From positions 1 to 64,000 of the forward strand of contig CBDCEW010000081.1 of assembly GCA_965215885.1 (NCBI GenBank): a stretch of DNA of 64,000 bases. The letters are read 5' to 3'. Of this stretch, positions 29,505 to 39,893 are shown in pieces. The notes beneath the pieces were generated by a model. That model saw only the letters and a program-made list of their open reading frames with translations. It ran no database searches and had not been told where the DNA came from. The stretch is from Candidatus Moanibacter sp. Its GTDB lineage: Bacteria; Verrucomicrobiota; Verrucomicrobiia; Opitutales; UBA2987. The first letter of the stretch is position 1. The number at the start of each line of letters is the position of its first letter. The translations under genes and the position numbers were made by a program.

Positions 29505-31876
29505 AGAACTCGCTATCATGCGGGTTGGCGGGCAGGGGGCAATCGCAGATACAATTCCCGGCTTTTAAGAGCTAAAGAAAACGGTAGGCTTCATCTTCGA
29601 ACCATCAAATTCGAAGAAAAATGGAGAAACCTACCGTCAAAGAAGAGACCTTCTTACAGTGCATCCTTGGAGTGGACAAGGGTAATCCCTCGATCACGGT
29701 CTATCGGGATCTGAGCGAAGGCAAACTGCACGTCTATTACGGGCATGAGCTTTTTGAAGTCGTAGAGGACGATCGGGAGCAAGTTGAATTCAAGCTATTG
29801 GTGGGGCGCCTCTACAATGCGGGGTTGAAGAAAGGGCGCTTAGAGAAGCAATTTGAGGTTGACCCCAAAACGATGAAGCGGTGGGGGGAGGCGCTTCAAA
29901 GCGGAGATGCCGAGACCTTAGCGCGAGTGCTGGCGGGACGCAGCGCTCATCGCAAATTGACGAGGGAAATCCGGAGTTTTGTGCGGGTGCGCTTCGGGCA
30001 GATCTATGGGGAGAGTCGGTATGGCTACAGCAAGAAGATACGGGGGGAGATCGAGGAGGTGTTCGGAGTTAACCTCAGTGGGGAAACTTTGCGCCCTGTC
30101 TTTAAGGAGCTTAAAGAGGCCCGGGCAAAGGAGGCCGAAGCCGAGAGGGCGCAAAATCGGGAGACTCCCTGGGATTGCCCGGAGGACTCGGGGAGGGACG
30201 AACAGGAGCAAGAAGCAGAAAATAGCCCCGAAAGCGAAGGGGACAATCGCAAGGAGTCTCCCGATTTTTCGAGGGAGAGCTCCGAAGCGGTGCAATGGTA
30301 TCGGCACCTGGGAGTACTTCTGTTCAGTGCCGCGCTCAGAGAAGTCGCTCAGATTGATCGCGAAGAGGGCTGGCTTTTGAAACAATGGGTGGCTTGCGGG
30401 TTGTTGGCCGCGGTCAATATCGAGCAGAGCAAACTGCTCGATCTCGAAGACCTGCAAAAACTCATCGGGCGAGTCCTGTATACCCCCTATCTGCAACGCC
30501 AAAGCCTTAGCGCCCTGGCCGATGAAGGGCTTTTAAGAGAGATCCTCAGAGTGAACGCGAGGGGCCTGAATGCTTCGGATGAAGAGAGCTTTTATTATGA
30601 TCCGCACACCAAACATTACACCGGAATGAGCAAGGTGCTGGCGGGATGGTGTCCGGGTATCCGTCTGGCCGACAAAGCGCTCCACAGCGATTTTATTCAT
30701 ACCCTCAAGGGCTATCCGATCTATTTTGCGAGTACCGACAACTATGAGGATATAAGGGAACGGTTTATCCCCAACTGCGAAGCGATGCTCGAGCTGGTGC
30801 AGTTGCCGGCTGATAAGAAGGTGAGCATTTACGTGGACCGGGCGATCGCCGCGGAGTGGTTTTACGAAGCCATCGTGGAGCATCCTCAACTCGAAATCAT
30901 TACCTGGGAAAAAGGTTACAAGGCCAGCGCCCAGCCCCTCCAACGGATCGACGGGCAGTTGCGCCTGCAGCGCGCGCGCAACCATGCCGAAGATCTCCAG
31001 GAGTATCATCTTCGCTATCAGCGGGGCCCCTGGAAGAAAAATCCTCAACTGGTGCAGTGGATCGTGGAGGCGACCAATCCAAAAAATCGAACCATTACCG
31101 TGAGCATCCTGGCGACCGATCAGCAGGCCCGAAATGAAGAGGTAATCAAAGGGATGTTCAGTCGCTGGATTCAGGAGAATGACTTCAAATACCTCGATAA
31201 GCACTTTGGGATTAATCAGATCACCTCTTATCGCACCGTCCACTACAAGCGATTAGCCCAACACCTTGAGGACAAGCAGGAGAAAAGCGGTGCCGCCAAA
31301 GCCCTCCTGAAGCAAAAACAGCAATGCCCCGAAGAATTGAAAAGACTGCTCCTGGCCGAGCATGCCCACCCGGGCAAAAGCGCCTCAAGGGGCGAAAAGA
31401 TCCGTCGACTCGATCAGGCCCTCAAAGCCCTCCAACTCGAACTGGAGCAAATCGACACCGAATGCTCGAGGCTGCAGCGCCTCATTGATGAAAACTATGT
31501 CCGCCTGGACACCGCTAACAAGTCCCTCATGGATGCCTTGAAAATCTTCGCCCGTAACAGCTTCTACAAGCAGCTCGAACCCTTTAAAGCTCGCTACAAC
31601 AACTATCGTGACGACCACGATCTGTTTCGCAATTTGACTCACAGTGACGGCGTTCTTATAGAGAGGGGCTGTGCGGTCGAAGCGCATTTATTCCCCACCG
31701 CAACTTATCCCCCTCGGGTGCAGGCGGTGGTGCTTGAGTATCTGCAAACTCTCAATGAGAAGCCCTTACTGATGCCCGACGGTTCAGGCCGAAGAATCAT
31801 CTTCCGACTGGGCAAAAAATCGGGATTTAAACTTGCGATTGCATAGTGCCTTTAGAGGGGCAATATAGTGAGGTCT
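29505..31876 (+). mobile_element. Unclassified insertion sequence (~2.37 kb)
   Basis: Direct repeat GAATATC (29498-29504, 31877-31883); TIRs AGAACTCGCTATCATGC / AGACCTCACTATATTGC (13/17). Confidence 0.85.
29621..31846 (+). CDS. Large putative DDE transposase (741 aa)
   Basis: YYDPH, YVDRA, RWIQENDFKYL triad-like motifs; N-terminal HTH (FEVDPKTMKRW); fills the element. Confidence 0.8.
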   Translation: MEKPTVKEETFLQCILGVDKGNPSITVYRDLSEGKLHVYYGHELFEVVEDDREQVEFKLLVGRLYNAGLKKGRLEKQFEVDPKTMKRWGEALQSGDAETLARVLAGRSAHRKLTREIRSFVRVRFGQIYGESRYGYSKKIRGEIEEVFGVNLSGETLRPVFKELKEARAKEAEAERAQNRETPWDCPEDSGRDEQEQEAENSPESEGDNRKESPDFSRESSEAVQWYRHLGVLLFSAALREVAQIDREEGWLLKQWVACGLLAAVNIEQSKLLDLEDLQKLIGRVLYTPYLQRQSLSALADEGLLREILRVNARGLNASDEESFYYDPHTKHYTGMSKVLAGWCPGIRLADKALHSDFIHTLKGYPIYFASTDNYEDIRERFIPNCEAMLELVQLPADKKVSIYVDRAIAAEWFYEAIVEHPQLEIITWEKGYKASAQPLQRIDGQLRLQRARNHAEDLQEYHLRYQRGPWKKNPQLVQWIVEATNPKNRTITVSILATDQQARNEEVIKGMFSRWIQENDFKYLDKHFGINQITSYRTVHYKRLAQHLEDKQEKSGAAKALLKQKQQCPEELKRLLLAEHAHPGKSASRGEKIRRLDQALKALQLELEQIDTECSRLQRLIDENYVRLDTANKSLMDALKIFARNSFYKQLEPFKARYNNYRDDHDLFRNLTHSDGVLIERGCAVEAHLFPTATYPPRVQAVVLEYLQTLNEKPLLMPDGSGRRIIFRLGKKSGFKLAIA

Positions 31877-33624
31877 GAATATCGAATTGATCCGTGAATA
31901 TGTTCCAAAGGCGGTGGAACGAGCCAACCGAAAGATTCGTGCCGTTCTTTTCGCTTCGGTCGAGGGTGGGGATTCGTTGCGTGTCGAGGCGGACTTATTC
32001 ATCGACGCCACTTATGAATCTGATGTCGCCGCACTCGCAGGGGTGCCCTACCGCATCGGCCGGGAAGATCGCAATGAATACAACGAGATCTATGCGGGAA
32101 AGATCTGGGTGAAGCGGAGCGGGAATGAGGCGAATTTTCTCCATGACAGCGATGAAGCATTACAGTGGCCGCGGGCAGCGCGTGCCGGGAAGCTCAATGT
32201 CCGGCCCTGGTGGGGAACAACCCAGGAGATTTTTTCGGAAAGCACGGGGGAAGGTGATGGGGGCGTTCAAGCGGCGAATTTTCGCGTGTGTCTCACTTCA
32301 GACCCCGAGAATCGCGTCGATGTTGCGGCGCCTGAGGGTTACAGGCGCGAGGATTTCTTACCCATCATCGAGAAGGATCCGGAGGGAGTGGAGTTATTTC
32401 CCCACCCCATCAAGTCAGGTCTCCTGAACTATCCGCTCGTGGCGTTCCCGGGAGTCATTCCGATTCCAGGAAAAAAGTGCGATTGGAACGCGGCCGCGAT
32501 TCCCGGTGGTGTCGACAATTACCCGAACGCTGATTGGGAAGGGCGCCGCGCCATTGTTAAGCGCTTCCGGGACTTCTCACTGGGATTGCTATATTTCCTA
32601 CAAAACGACGAATCGGTATCCGAGAAAGTCCGCAGGGAGGCGAATGTATGGGGACTGCCGAAGGATGAGTTTCAGGACAACGGTCACTTTTCCCATGAGT
32701 TTTACCTGCGGGAAGCGCGGCGCATCGTCGGGCGTTATGTCATGCGGGAAAGTGACGCTTGCATCGGCCGAGGATTGCGTCGGGCGCCGGTGCACAACGA
32801 CTCCATTGCGGTGGCCGATTGGATGATGGATTCGCACGACTGTTCACCCGAACGGATTCGGGGGGCGGAAGGCGATGGGTTCACCAGCCTTTCGGAATAC
32901 ACTCGGCCGGCGCAGGTTCCCTATCGGTCGCTTCTCACGAATGAGATCGACAATTTGATCATGGGATTAGGAATCTCCGCAACCCATGTAGCGTGGGGAT
33001 CGGTGCGCGTAGAGCCGACTTTAATGCATATTGCCGAATCGGCCGCTCTAGCGGCCGTTTCTTCGCTGGAATTGGGAAAAGCACCTGCCGACCTGGACGT
33101 TTGTCTGCTGCAGCGCAGGTTGGTGAATAGTCGGATCATGTTCAGCTTCTTCAATGAGTTCGACATGGCAACGAAGGAGCCGTGGGTGCAGGCCGTTCAA
33201 TTTCTTGGAACGAAAGGTTTTTTCTGTGACTACTTTGCCAATCCTGATGAACCCTTGACATCGGCCGTCGGGCGGGTTTGGGCAAGGGCGTTTGGGTCGC
33301 TTCTCGACGTTGAGACTGATTCAGGCAAGTGGGCGCGTGCGGTCCATCAGGCGGAACGCGGGAATCCTAACGAAGAGATCACGTTGGCTAAATATCAATC
33401 ATTGTTGAAAAAGGAGATGGAATATCGGGATCGGACTGAACGGACCGATGTTGCCCACGAAATTGAGGGTATGGAGTTGTCTCCTTTGGCTACCCTAACC
33501 AGAGGTCAGGCTTGTATGCTGGTCTGTCGTCTCCTGGATGAATGATGGCTACGTGTAGCAAGTTTGCCGCTATACGAGTCACACAAGTGATTGAACTGAC
33601 GTTGTATAATGCTATCTTCGAAGC

Positions 33625-34008
33625 ATGAGCCAACCTGTAAGGCTTCCGGACGAGTTAGTTTTGGACGCGCGCCGGACTGCGAAAGTCACGGAGAGGTCGA
33701 TTGCCGGGCAAATATCATATTGGGCAAAACTGGGACAAGCCATTGAGCCACACTTGGAGGGCGCCGAGGCGATTTCGTTGTCTCGCGCGAGTGCTGCCAC
33801 GCCGCTCTCAGCTTGCTTTGAGGCGGTCGATTCGGAAGAGGGTCTGCAGCGTATACATGAGCATTTGAACGAACAACCGTTCCCGCACTACGAACCGGTG
33901 GAAGATAAACGGGGCTTTCTCGTACGCATAGAGGAAGACGGCACGCGAACGCTCGGCAGGTTTGTTCATCGCAGATTCGTCGAAGCTGAACAGGAAGCCG
34001 ATGCATGA
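33625..34008 (+). CDS. ParD-like ribbon-helix-helix antitoxin
   Basis: MSQPVRLPDELV..AR......RSIAGQISYWAKLG. Confidence 0.75.
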   Translation: MSQPVRLPDELVLDARRTAKVTERSIAGQISYWAKLGQAIEPHLEGAEAISLSRASAATPLSACFEAVDSEEGLQRIHEHLNEQPFPHYEPVEDKRGFLVRIEEDGTRTLGRFVHRRFVEAEQEADA

Positions 34009-34166
34009 TGCTTTCTCGGCAGCTTGATCGGCGTCCGCTTCTGGTTTACGATAACAGTGATCTTGCTAAGCTCTTCCACTGTGGCGCCCTATTCGAAGGG
34101 GAAAGGATCGATCATATTGTGAGACCTCTACCGGAATGGTTCGTGCCGATCACAAGGCGTGTTTGA
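34005..34166 (+). pseudogene. Internally deleted zeta-toxin-like/AAA ATPase partner gene
   Basis: ATGA overlap with the antitoxin; 53-aa ORF joins LDRRPLLV directly to YDNSD...LPEW with no P-loop. Confidence 0.5.
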
Positions 34167-34342
34167 CAGGATCGAGATGACTGACTGGAAACTTGCTTGC
34201 CGTATGGTAGAGCAGGTTTCCCGTAGGTCCACAATAGCTCAATTCGGTGGCAACTCCATCGAAATGCACCCGCATTCCGCTACATGCTTCGATTCGGATC
34301 GTCGCGGAATGCGGGAGCATTTCGTTCTACCTGCCACATGGT

Positions 34343-35095
34343 TCACTCTGCCGTGCGGCAGCCTGTGTCACTGTCCTCCGACAGCGCCTTACGAATTTTT
34401 TCGAGATCCTTTAGGTAATCACCGGAAATCTTCTTCAAATCGGGAGAAATCTGCTGGGCGATGATTACTGTCTGACAGTAAGTCTCAAGATTCTCCAATT
34501 TCCAGTAGGCCTGTACGATATCGCCGGACCAGGTAATGACGCCGTGATTGATCATGAGAATGGCGGAATGATTCCTACTGGTTTGGCCTATTACCTCTGC
34601 GTTTGCCGGTGTTCCAGGTGTCCGGTATTCGGCGAGACCGATTTCTCCCAAAAAGATCTCCGCTTCGGGTGTCAGGTGTCGGGGCGGGGCCATACCGGCC
34701 AGAGCATAGGCAGTGGCGTGCGGGGGATGGGCGTGGCAGCAGGATTTTGCAAGGGGTTGCATTTTCATAATTCCCAGATGCGTTAGAATCTCACTCGTCC
34801 TTTTGCGCGAACCCGCGAGTTGATTTCCCTCCATATCGACAAGACAGATATCCACAGGATTCATAAATCCCTTGGAAACAAGCGTCGGTGTGCAAAGAAC
34901 GAAGTTATCGCCAACTCTGATTGTTAGATTTCCCCCGTTGCCATCGGTAAAGTTCCTCTGCCACATCCGGCGACCGATATCGCACATTTGCTTTTTTAAC
35001 TCCTCAATTTCAACTGATTGGAAAAAGAGATCGATCTTCTCCTGTGCGGGCGAGTTCGTTTCGTCATTTGGCTCGGAAGGGTTCATTGCGGACAA
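34343..35095 (-). CDS. Class II aldolase/adducin family (rhamnulose/fuculose-1-phosphate aldolase-like)
   Basis: GNGGNLTIR, TSEILTH, HAHPPHAT, NHGV; divergent from rhamnulokinase. Confidence 0.88.
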   Translation of the reverse strand: MSAMNPSEPNDETNSPAQEKIDLFFQSVEIEELKKQMCDIGRRMWQRNFTDGNGGNLTIRVGDNFVLCTPTLVSKGFMNPVDICLVDMEGNQLAGSRKRTSEILTHLGIMKMQPLAKSCCHAHPPHATAYALAGMAPPRHLTPEAEIFLGEIGLAEYRTPGTPANAEVIGQTSRNHSAILMINHGVITWSGDIVQAYWKLENLETYCQTVIIAQQISPDLKKISGDYLKDLEKIRKALSEDSDTGCRTAE

Positions 35096-35289
35096 GAATT
35101 CGGGGTCAACAGCGAAACCGCAATGGAAATCTCTGAGAGTTAACCCATGTTGAAAATAAAACTGGAATTTGGTGGAAGAGCTTCAATTATGCTCGCAATG
35201 CGGAAATCAGGGCCAAAATGTCACCTTCAAGAAAAGAGTCATACGCACTCTTTGCCAGTCTCAAGGTGGGGAAAAGATGAAGTGAGGTA

Positions 35290-36771
35290 ATGAGTGCGAG
35301 GAGAGTCTATCTTGCGGTTGATCTGGGGGCGGAGAGCGGTCGGGTTGTAGCCGGAGTTTTTGAGCACGATACGCTCACCCAGGAAACTATCCATCGGTTT
35401 CCAAACGGAGTGTACGAACACGGTGGAACGCTTAGATGGAACATCGGCACTCTCTTTGACGAAATCGTAAAAGGAATCGACTTTGCCGCCGAACGATTTG
35501 GAGACGATTTGATTTCCATTGGTGTCGACAGTTGGGGTGTCGATTACGCCCTGTTGGATGAATGTGGCGATCTTATCGAACTCCCTTTCCACTATCGGGA
35601 CTCCCGAACAGATGGAATCTTGAAAGAGGTCTTCCAGCAGATTCCGGAGCTGGATGTCTTTATGGCGACCGGAATCCAGCCTCTTTTCCTGAATTCCCTC
35701 TTTCAAATTTACTCCGAACTGCGCAAGGGATCCAACGTCCTTCATCGCGTTCGCCGGCTGCTGTTCATCCCCGACCTGATCAACTTTTGGCTGTGTGGTA
35801 GGCAGGCAAATGAATATACGATTGCAAGCACGAGCCAGATGATGGACATGAGGACGAAGGCTTGGGCCAAAGAGCTTCTGAAACGACTCGATATACCATC
35901 CGAATTACTAGGAGATATCGAGGAGCCGGGTGAGATTCTGGGCCACCTGCTTCCGCAGATCCGCGACAGAACTGGTGCGAGCGCTCTAACGGTTGTTGCG
36001 GTTGGTGCTCACGACACCGCTTCCGCTGTGGCGGGCACTCCCTTCAGTAAGGAAGGGAAATGCTTTATCAGCTCCGGGACATGGTCCCTCATGGGCGTTG
36101 AGGTGACCGAGCCCATAATTCGAAGAGATGCTCTCGATTTTGGATTCTCCAACGAAGGGGGCGTAGCCGGCACCATTCGTTTTCTCAAGAACATCAACGG
36201 TCTCTGGATCCTTCAGGAGTGCAGGCGGAGGTGGGAGAAGCGGGGCGATAGCTTCACTTATCCTCAGCTCATGAAATTTGCGATTGGAGCACATCCTTTT
36301 TCCGCCCTGATCGAACCCGACCATGCACCTTTCAGCAAACCTGGAAAGATGCCGGAAAAAATCGCAGATTTCTGTGAAAAAACAGGCCAACCTGACCCTG
36401 GAGAGGTTGGGTCGGTTGTCAGAGTGGCCCTCGAAAGTCTCGCCCTGAAATATCGGGAAGTCTTGGAGAGACTCGAACTCACGACCGGTTTTCGCTTCCC
36501 GACGCTCAATATTGTCGGCGGAGGTAGTCAGAATGAACTGCTCAACCAGTTTACCGCCAATGCTACCGGAAGAGAGGTAATCTGTGGTCCGGTAGAAGCG
36601 ACATCGGCGGGTAACCTGATCATGCAATTGATGGCCGACGGCGAGATTGATTCGATTGGAGAGGGTAGAGAGCTGATTCGAAGATCATCGGAGATGCGTA
36701 TTTTCGAACCGAGGGACGAATCCATTTGGGATGATGCCTATGGACGGTACCTTGCGATCAAAGGCAAGTGA
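35290..36771 (+). CDS. rhaB: Rhamnulokinase (FGGY family)
   Basis: LAVDLGAESGR, GVDSWGVDY, YRDSRT, HDTASAV, SSGTWSL, FLKNINGLW, GGGSQN. Confidence 0.88.
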   Translation: MSARRVYLAVDLGAESGRVVAGVFEHDTLTQETIHRFPNGVYEHGGTLRWNIGTLFDEIVKGIDFAAERFGDDLISIGVDSWGVDYALLDECGDLIELPFHYRDSRTDGILKEVFQQIPELDVFMATGIQPLFLNSLFQIYSELRKGSNVLHRVRRLLFIPDLINFWLCGRQANEYTIASTSQMMDMRTKAWAKELLKRLDIPSELLGDIEEPGEILGHLLPQIRDRTGASALTVVAVGAHDTASAVAGTPFSKEGKCFISSGTWSLMGVEVTEPIIRRDALDFGFSNEGGVAGTIRFLKNINGLWILQECRRRWEKRGDSFTYPQLMKFAIGAHPFSALIEPDHAPFSKPGKMPEKIADFCEKTGQPDPGEVGSVVRVALESLALKYREVLERLELTTGFRFPTLNIVGGGSQNELLNQFTANATGREVICGPVEATSAGNLIMQLMADGEIDSIGEGRELIRRSSEMRIFEPRDESIWDDAYGRYLAIKGK

Positions 36772-37173
36772 CAGAATTAAGAGCCCGTAGGACTCTGATT
36801 CCATCTGTGTTAGGCGTTATGCCTTCGATTACTGTCTGCCCCGGTCTTGTGCCCATAATTACGAAATTGGGTTGGAGAACCCAAAGTAAATGTTATTCAG
36901 GCACTTGCAAGATTCTATTGATTACATAGTATGCCAGAATGGAGTTTCAACGATTGTTGTGTGTGGGTTCGTTAGAGGTAGAGAGCTTTTCCTGCAGGTT
37001 TGTTTTCAGTTAGAAACTTGTTGAGTATTAATCAGTTACAAAAGCGCTTTGAACGGGGAGTTGATTTCTGGTGGCAATTGAGTAGAAGCGAAGGGAGCTG
37101 GAGAAAGTTGGTATTGGCATTGTATGTAAAATAAAGTTTGCAGTTTTGCCTCCTTTCCATACTGTGCCGGTGC

Positions 37174-37890
37174 ATGCAAGAAGAGCTTTCGCGTAAAGAG
37201 AGGGAGGTGGTCGAAGCGGTACGGCGGGATCGGGTAAGCACGGTGTGGAGGCTGATGAAGGAGCAGAGGGTGTCGCGGCGAACGGTCTATCGGGCTTTGC
37301 AAAAATATGGCCATTACTCCAGTTACAATGCCAATTGTGGCTACCTGAGCTTGAAAGACATTCCGCGCTTTGACGGGGCCGGTTTGTGGCGTTTTCGCAA
37401 GGGGCGCTTTTCGCGCCACGGCACCTTGGAGGAGACCGTGGAGGCGGTGGTGGGAGCTTCGCTTTGCGGCTACACGGTGGCTGAGTTGGAGACCCTCCTT
37501 GGGGTACGGGTGCACAACCCCATAAGCGTGCTTTGTAGAAAGAAGCGGTTGAGTCGATACTATGAAGGGCGTCACTGCGTGTATGTCTCGGCCGGGGAAC
37601 AGGGCGGGGCCGAACAGAAAAAGCGGCGGCAAGGGCGAAGAACAGCGGCACAAGTTCAGGCAGGGGACCCCGGGGGCGCTTTGCAGGCAGCTCCCGAAGG
37701 GCTCGAAACGATGGTCGTGATCGCTTTGCTGGTCGCCTGTATCGGCCATCCCGAGGCCGGGGTCAAGGAGCTTGTCGAGCTTATGCAAGAGCAGGGAGTA
37801 GAGCTGAGCGGGGAGCAAATTGAGCGGGTGATGGCGTTTTACTCGCTCAAAAAAAACCGGACCGATCGCGGTAGCGGAGCTGTTACATGA
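37174..37890 (+). CDS. IS OrfA, copy 2
   Basis: Near-identical to 19474-20190. Confidence 0.7.
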   Translation: MQEELSRKEREVVEAVRRDRVSTVWRLMKEQRVSRRTVYRALQKYGHYSSYNANCGYLSLKDIPRFDGAGLWRFRKGRFSRHGTLEETVEAVVGASLCGYTVAELETLLGVRVHNPISVLCRKKRLSRYYEGRHCVYVSAGEQGGAEQKKRRQGRRTAAQVQAGDPGGALQAAPEGLETMVVIALLVACIGHPEAGVKELVELMQEQGVELSGEQIERVMAFYSLKKNRTDRGSGAVT

Positions 37891-37891
37891 T

Positions 37892-39700
37892 TTGCGGGCA
37901 GAGGCTGAACGGGCCCTGCAAACGGTGGGGGCTGTGCCTGCGCAAACGAGTTATCGCTTCGATGCCCGGGAGGACGAAGAGGGTCCTTCAGAGGTGCGCA
38001 AGACCCTGCGCCGCAAGGTGGTCAGTTTCTCCTATGGATGCTTCCAGGCGGTGGAAGTTGTGCGCGAGCAGGGGCAAGGGAGCCACCGCAACAGCTACCG
38101 TTCTGCTCGCCTGGAACAGATCGTGCCCTCGCATAGTCGCTACGCTTACGATCTGATTGCCTATGTGGGCAAGCGATGTTTGTGCGAAAGCGCCACCCTC
38201 AAAGAGGTGCACAGGGAACTGCGCGAGGGCCCGGGGCAGCTGCAGATTGCTCAAAGCAGCCTCTATGAGATGCAGCAGAAGTTTCTTTTTTATCTGGGTC
38301 GGCTGCACGCCGCGGCCGCTCCGGTGCTTAAAGATTACCTGAGCGCTCGCCCTTGCCTGCGCTGGCTGGTGGATGGGACCGTGGAACCGCAGACGCCGGT
38401 TTTCTTCGCTGTTCAGGAAGCCGACGAAGGGATCCTTTTGGGCAGCTGGAAAATGCCTTCCGAACAGAGCGAAACGATCAGTGGCTGTTTTGCCCGGGCT
38501 TTTGGCCAACCCCACCATGTCTATCATGATTTAAGCGCTCAGATCAGCAAGGCCTGCGAGAGCGAAACCTTCCAGGCCCCCCATGGCGTCTGCCATTATC
38601 ATTTCGCCCGCAATGTGGGCGAACAGCTTTATCGAAAACCCCAGCAGATGCTCAACGGGCGCTTGCGGCAATTGAAGCTCATGGAGCGCATGCGCGAGCA
38701 ACGCAAACACATCACCGCAAAGCTCCGTGACGCCCTCCGTGAAAAACACGCCCTCGTCCTGGCCGATTTGCTCACCGCCAAAGCGCTCGCAGTGCCCTTC
38801 GATCCCACCCTTGCACGGGAACTGCTCATGGCCCTGCAATTGTGGATTTTGGATTATCCCTGCGACGGTCACCGCCAGGGCTTTCCCTTCGATCCTTACC
38901 TGCTTTATTGGCATCGGCGGGTCGTGCGCGCCCATGCCGCCCTGGAGCAGTGGCTTGCCCGCGCTCCTGCCAGTTGCTCTGTTCTGCGAAGCTTCTTTCA
39001 TCTTTCGACCGGGTTGAAGCAGTATCTGGCTGATGCCCTCGTCATCGAAGCCGCTACTATCTATGAAAACGCTTTTTGCATTTTCAGCGCTTTGCGCGAT
39101 GCCCTTTGGCTCAGCGCCAGCGGCCCCTGCCCTTTAAGCGACCCTTATCTGTTGCAAGCAGGACAAGCCGCTGAGCTCACCGAGGCTCTCCAGTTGCTGC
39201 GTGCCCAATATCGCCAAAAAGGCGCCTCCCTGACCAACCCCTCGAAAGCCAAACTCTACCGCACCGTGGTCACTCATCTGGACAAATACTGGCAGCGGCT
39301 GCTTCCCCCACCGGCCCATCCAGACAGCGTACGCACGACCAATGAGCTGGAAGGCACCTGGCGCACCTCCAAGCGCAAACGCCGTCAAACCCACGGGCGC
39401 AAAAATCTGACGCGCGACTTTGAAGCGCTCCCCGAAGAATACATGCTCCTGGCCAACTTACACAATCCCCGCTATGTGGAGCTGGTTTTAGGCAGTATCG
39501 ATAATCTGCCCCAAAAGCTTGCCCAGGCTGCACAGAAAGCACCCCCCTTCAGTCACTGGCGGGCGAACAGAAAAACCCTCGCCGTGGGTCGATTGCCCAA
39601 AAAGCTCCTGCGAAAAGAAAACTTCCTTGAGGAACTCTTCGAAGTCTGTAATCGCCAGGATCAATCCTTAAACCCGCAACCCCATCGGATTGCCTCCTGA
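37892..39700 (+). CDS. IS OrfB DDE/CxxH transposase, copy 2
   Basis: Same as 20192-22009 less three residues (ARA). Confidence 0.8.
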   Translation: MRAEAERALQTVGAVPAQTSYRFDAREDEEGPSEVRKTLRRKVVSFSYGCFQAVEVVREQGQGSHRNSYRSARLEQIVPSHSRYAYDLIAYVGKRCLCESATLKEVHRELREGPGQLQIAQSSLYEMQQKFLFYLGRLHAAAAPVLKDYLSARPCLRWLVDGTVEPQTPVFFAVQEADEGILLGSWKMPSEQSETISGCFARAFGQPHHVYHDLSAQISKACESETFQAPHGVCHYHFARNVGEQLYRKPQQMLNGRLRQLKLMERMREQRKHITAKLRDALREKHALVLADLLTAKALAVPFDPTLARELLMALQLWILDYPCDGHRQGFPFDPYLLYWHRRVVRAHAALEQWLARAPASCSVLRSFFHLSTGLKQYLADALVIEAATIYENAFCIFSALRDALWLSASGPCPLSDPYLLQAGQAAELTEALQLLRAQYRQKGASLTNPSKAKLYRTVVTHLDKYWQRLLPPPAHPDSVRTTNELEGTWRTSKRKRRQTHGRKNLTRDFEALPEEYMLLANLHNPRYVELVLGSIDNLPQKLAQAAQKAPPFSHWRANRKTLAVGRLPKKLLRKENFLEELFEVCNRQDQSLNPQPHRIAS

Positions 39701-39893
39701 CAACGACTCCAGTGCCCTCCCTCTGCTCCCCATTTTCTTCATGCTCTAACCAGAGAACTCCACGCAATTTGCGTGCCAACCGAAATTCAGAACGATGGGC
39801 ACAAGACCGGGGCAGCCTCAAAACGCTAAATAGGTACCTAAGTCCGACAGATTCCTACCGTTAGCGAGAAGGGAAGGAGAGAGATCGAACTGG

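Larger units (their letters stand above)
29112..33545 (+). pseudogene. FAD-dependent oxidoreductase interrupted by an IS
   Basis: ICVVGASPAG N-terminus at 29112. Excision restores ...SAETNI|ELIREY... in frame with 31887-33545 (FIDATYESD, YLREARRIVG, QVPYRSLL). Confidence 0.88.
36854..39797 (+). mobile_element. Unclassified two-ORF insertion sequence, copy 2 (2944 bp)
   Basis: Near-identical to 19154-22106 apart from a 9-bp in-frame deletion and a few substitutions. Confidence 0.92.
36803..39837. repeat. Third copy of the nested palindromic element (reverse orientation); only the outer arms 36803-36853 and 39798-39837 remain
   Basis: The left flank matches the reverse complement of 22107-22157 and the right flank that of 17549-17589; the core is replaced by the IS. 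Confidence 0.85.
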
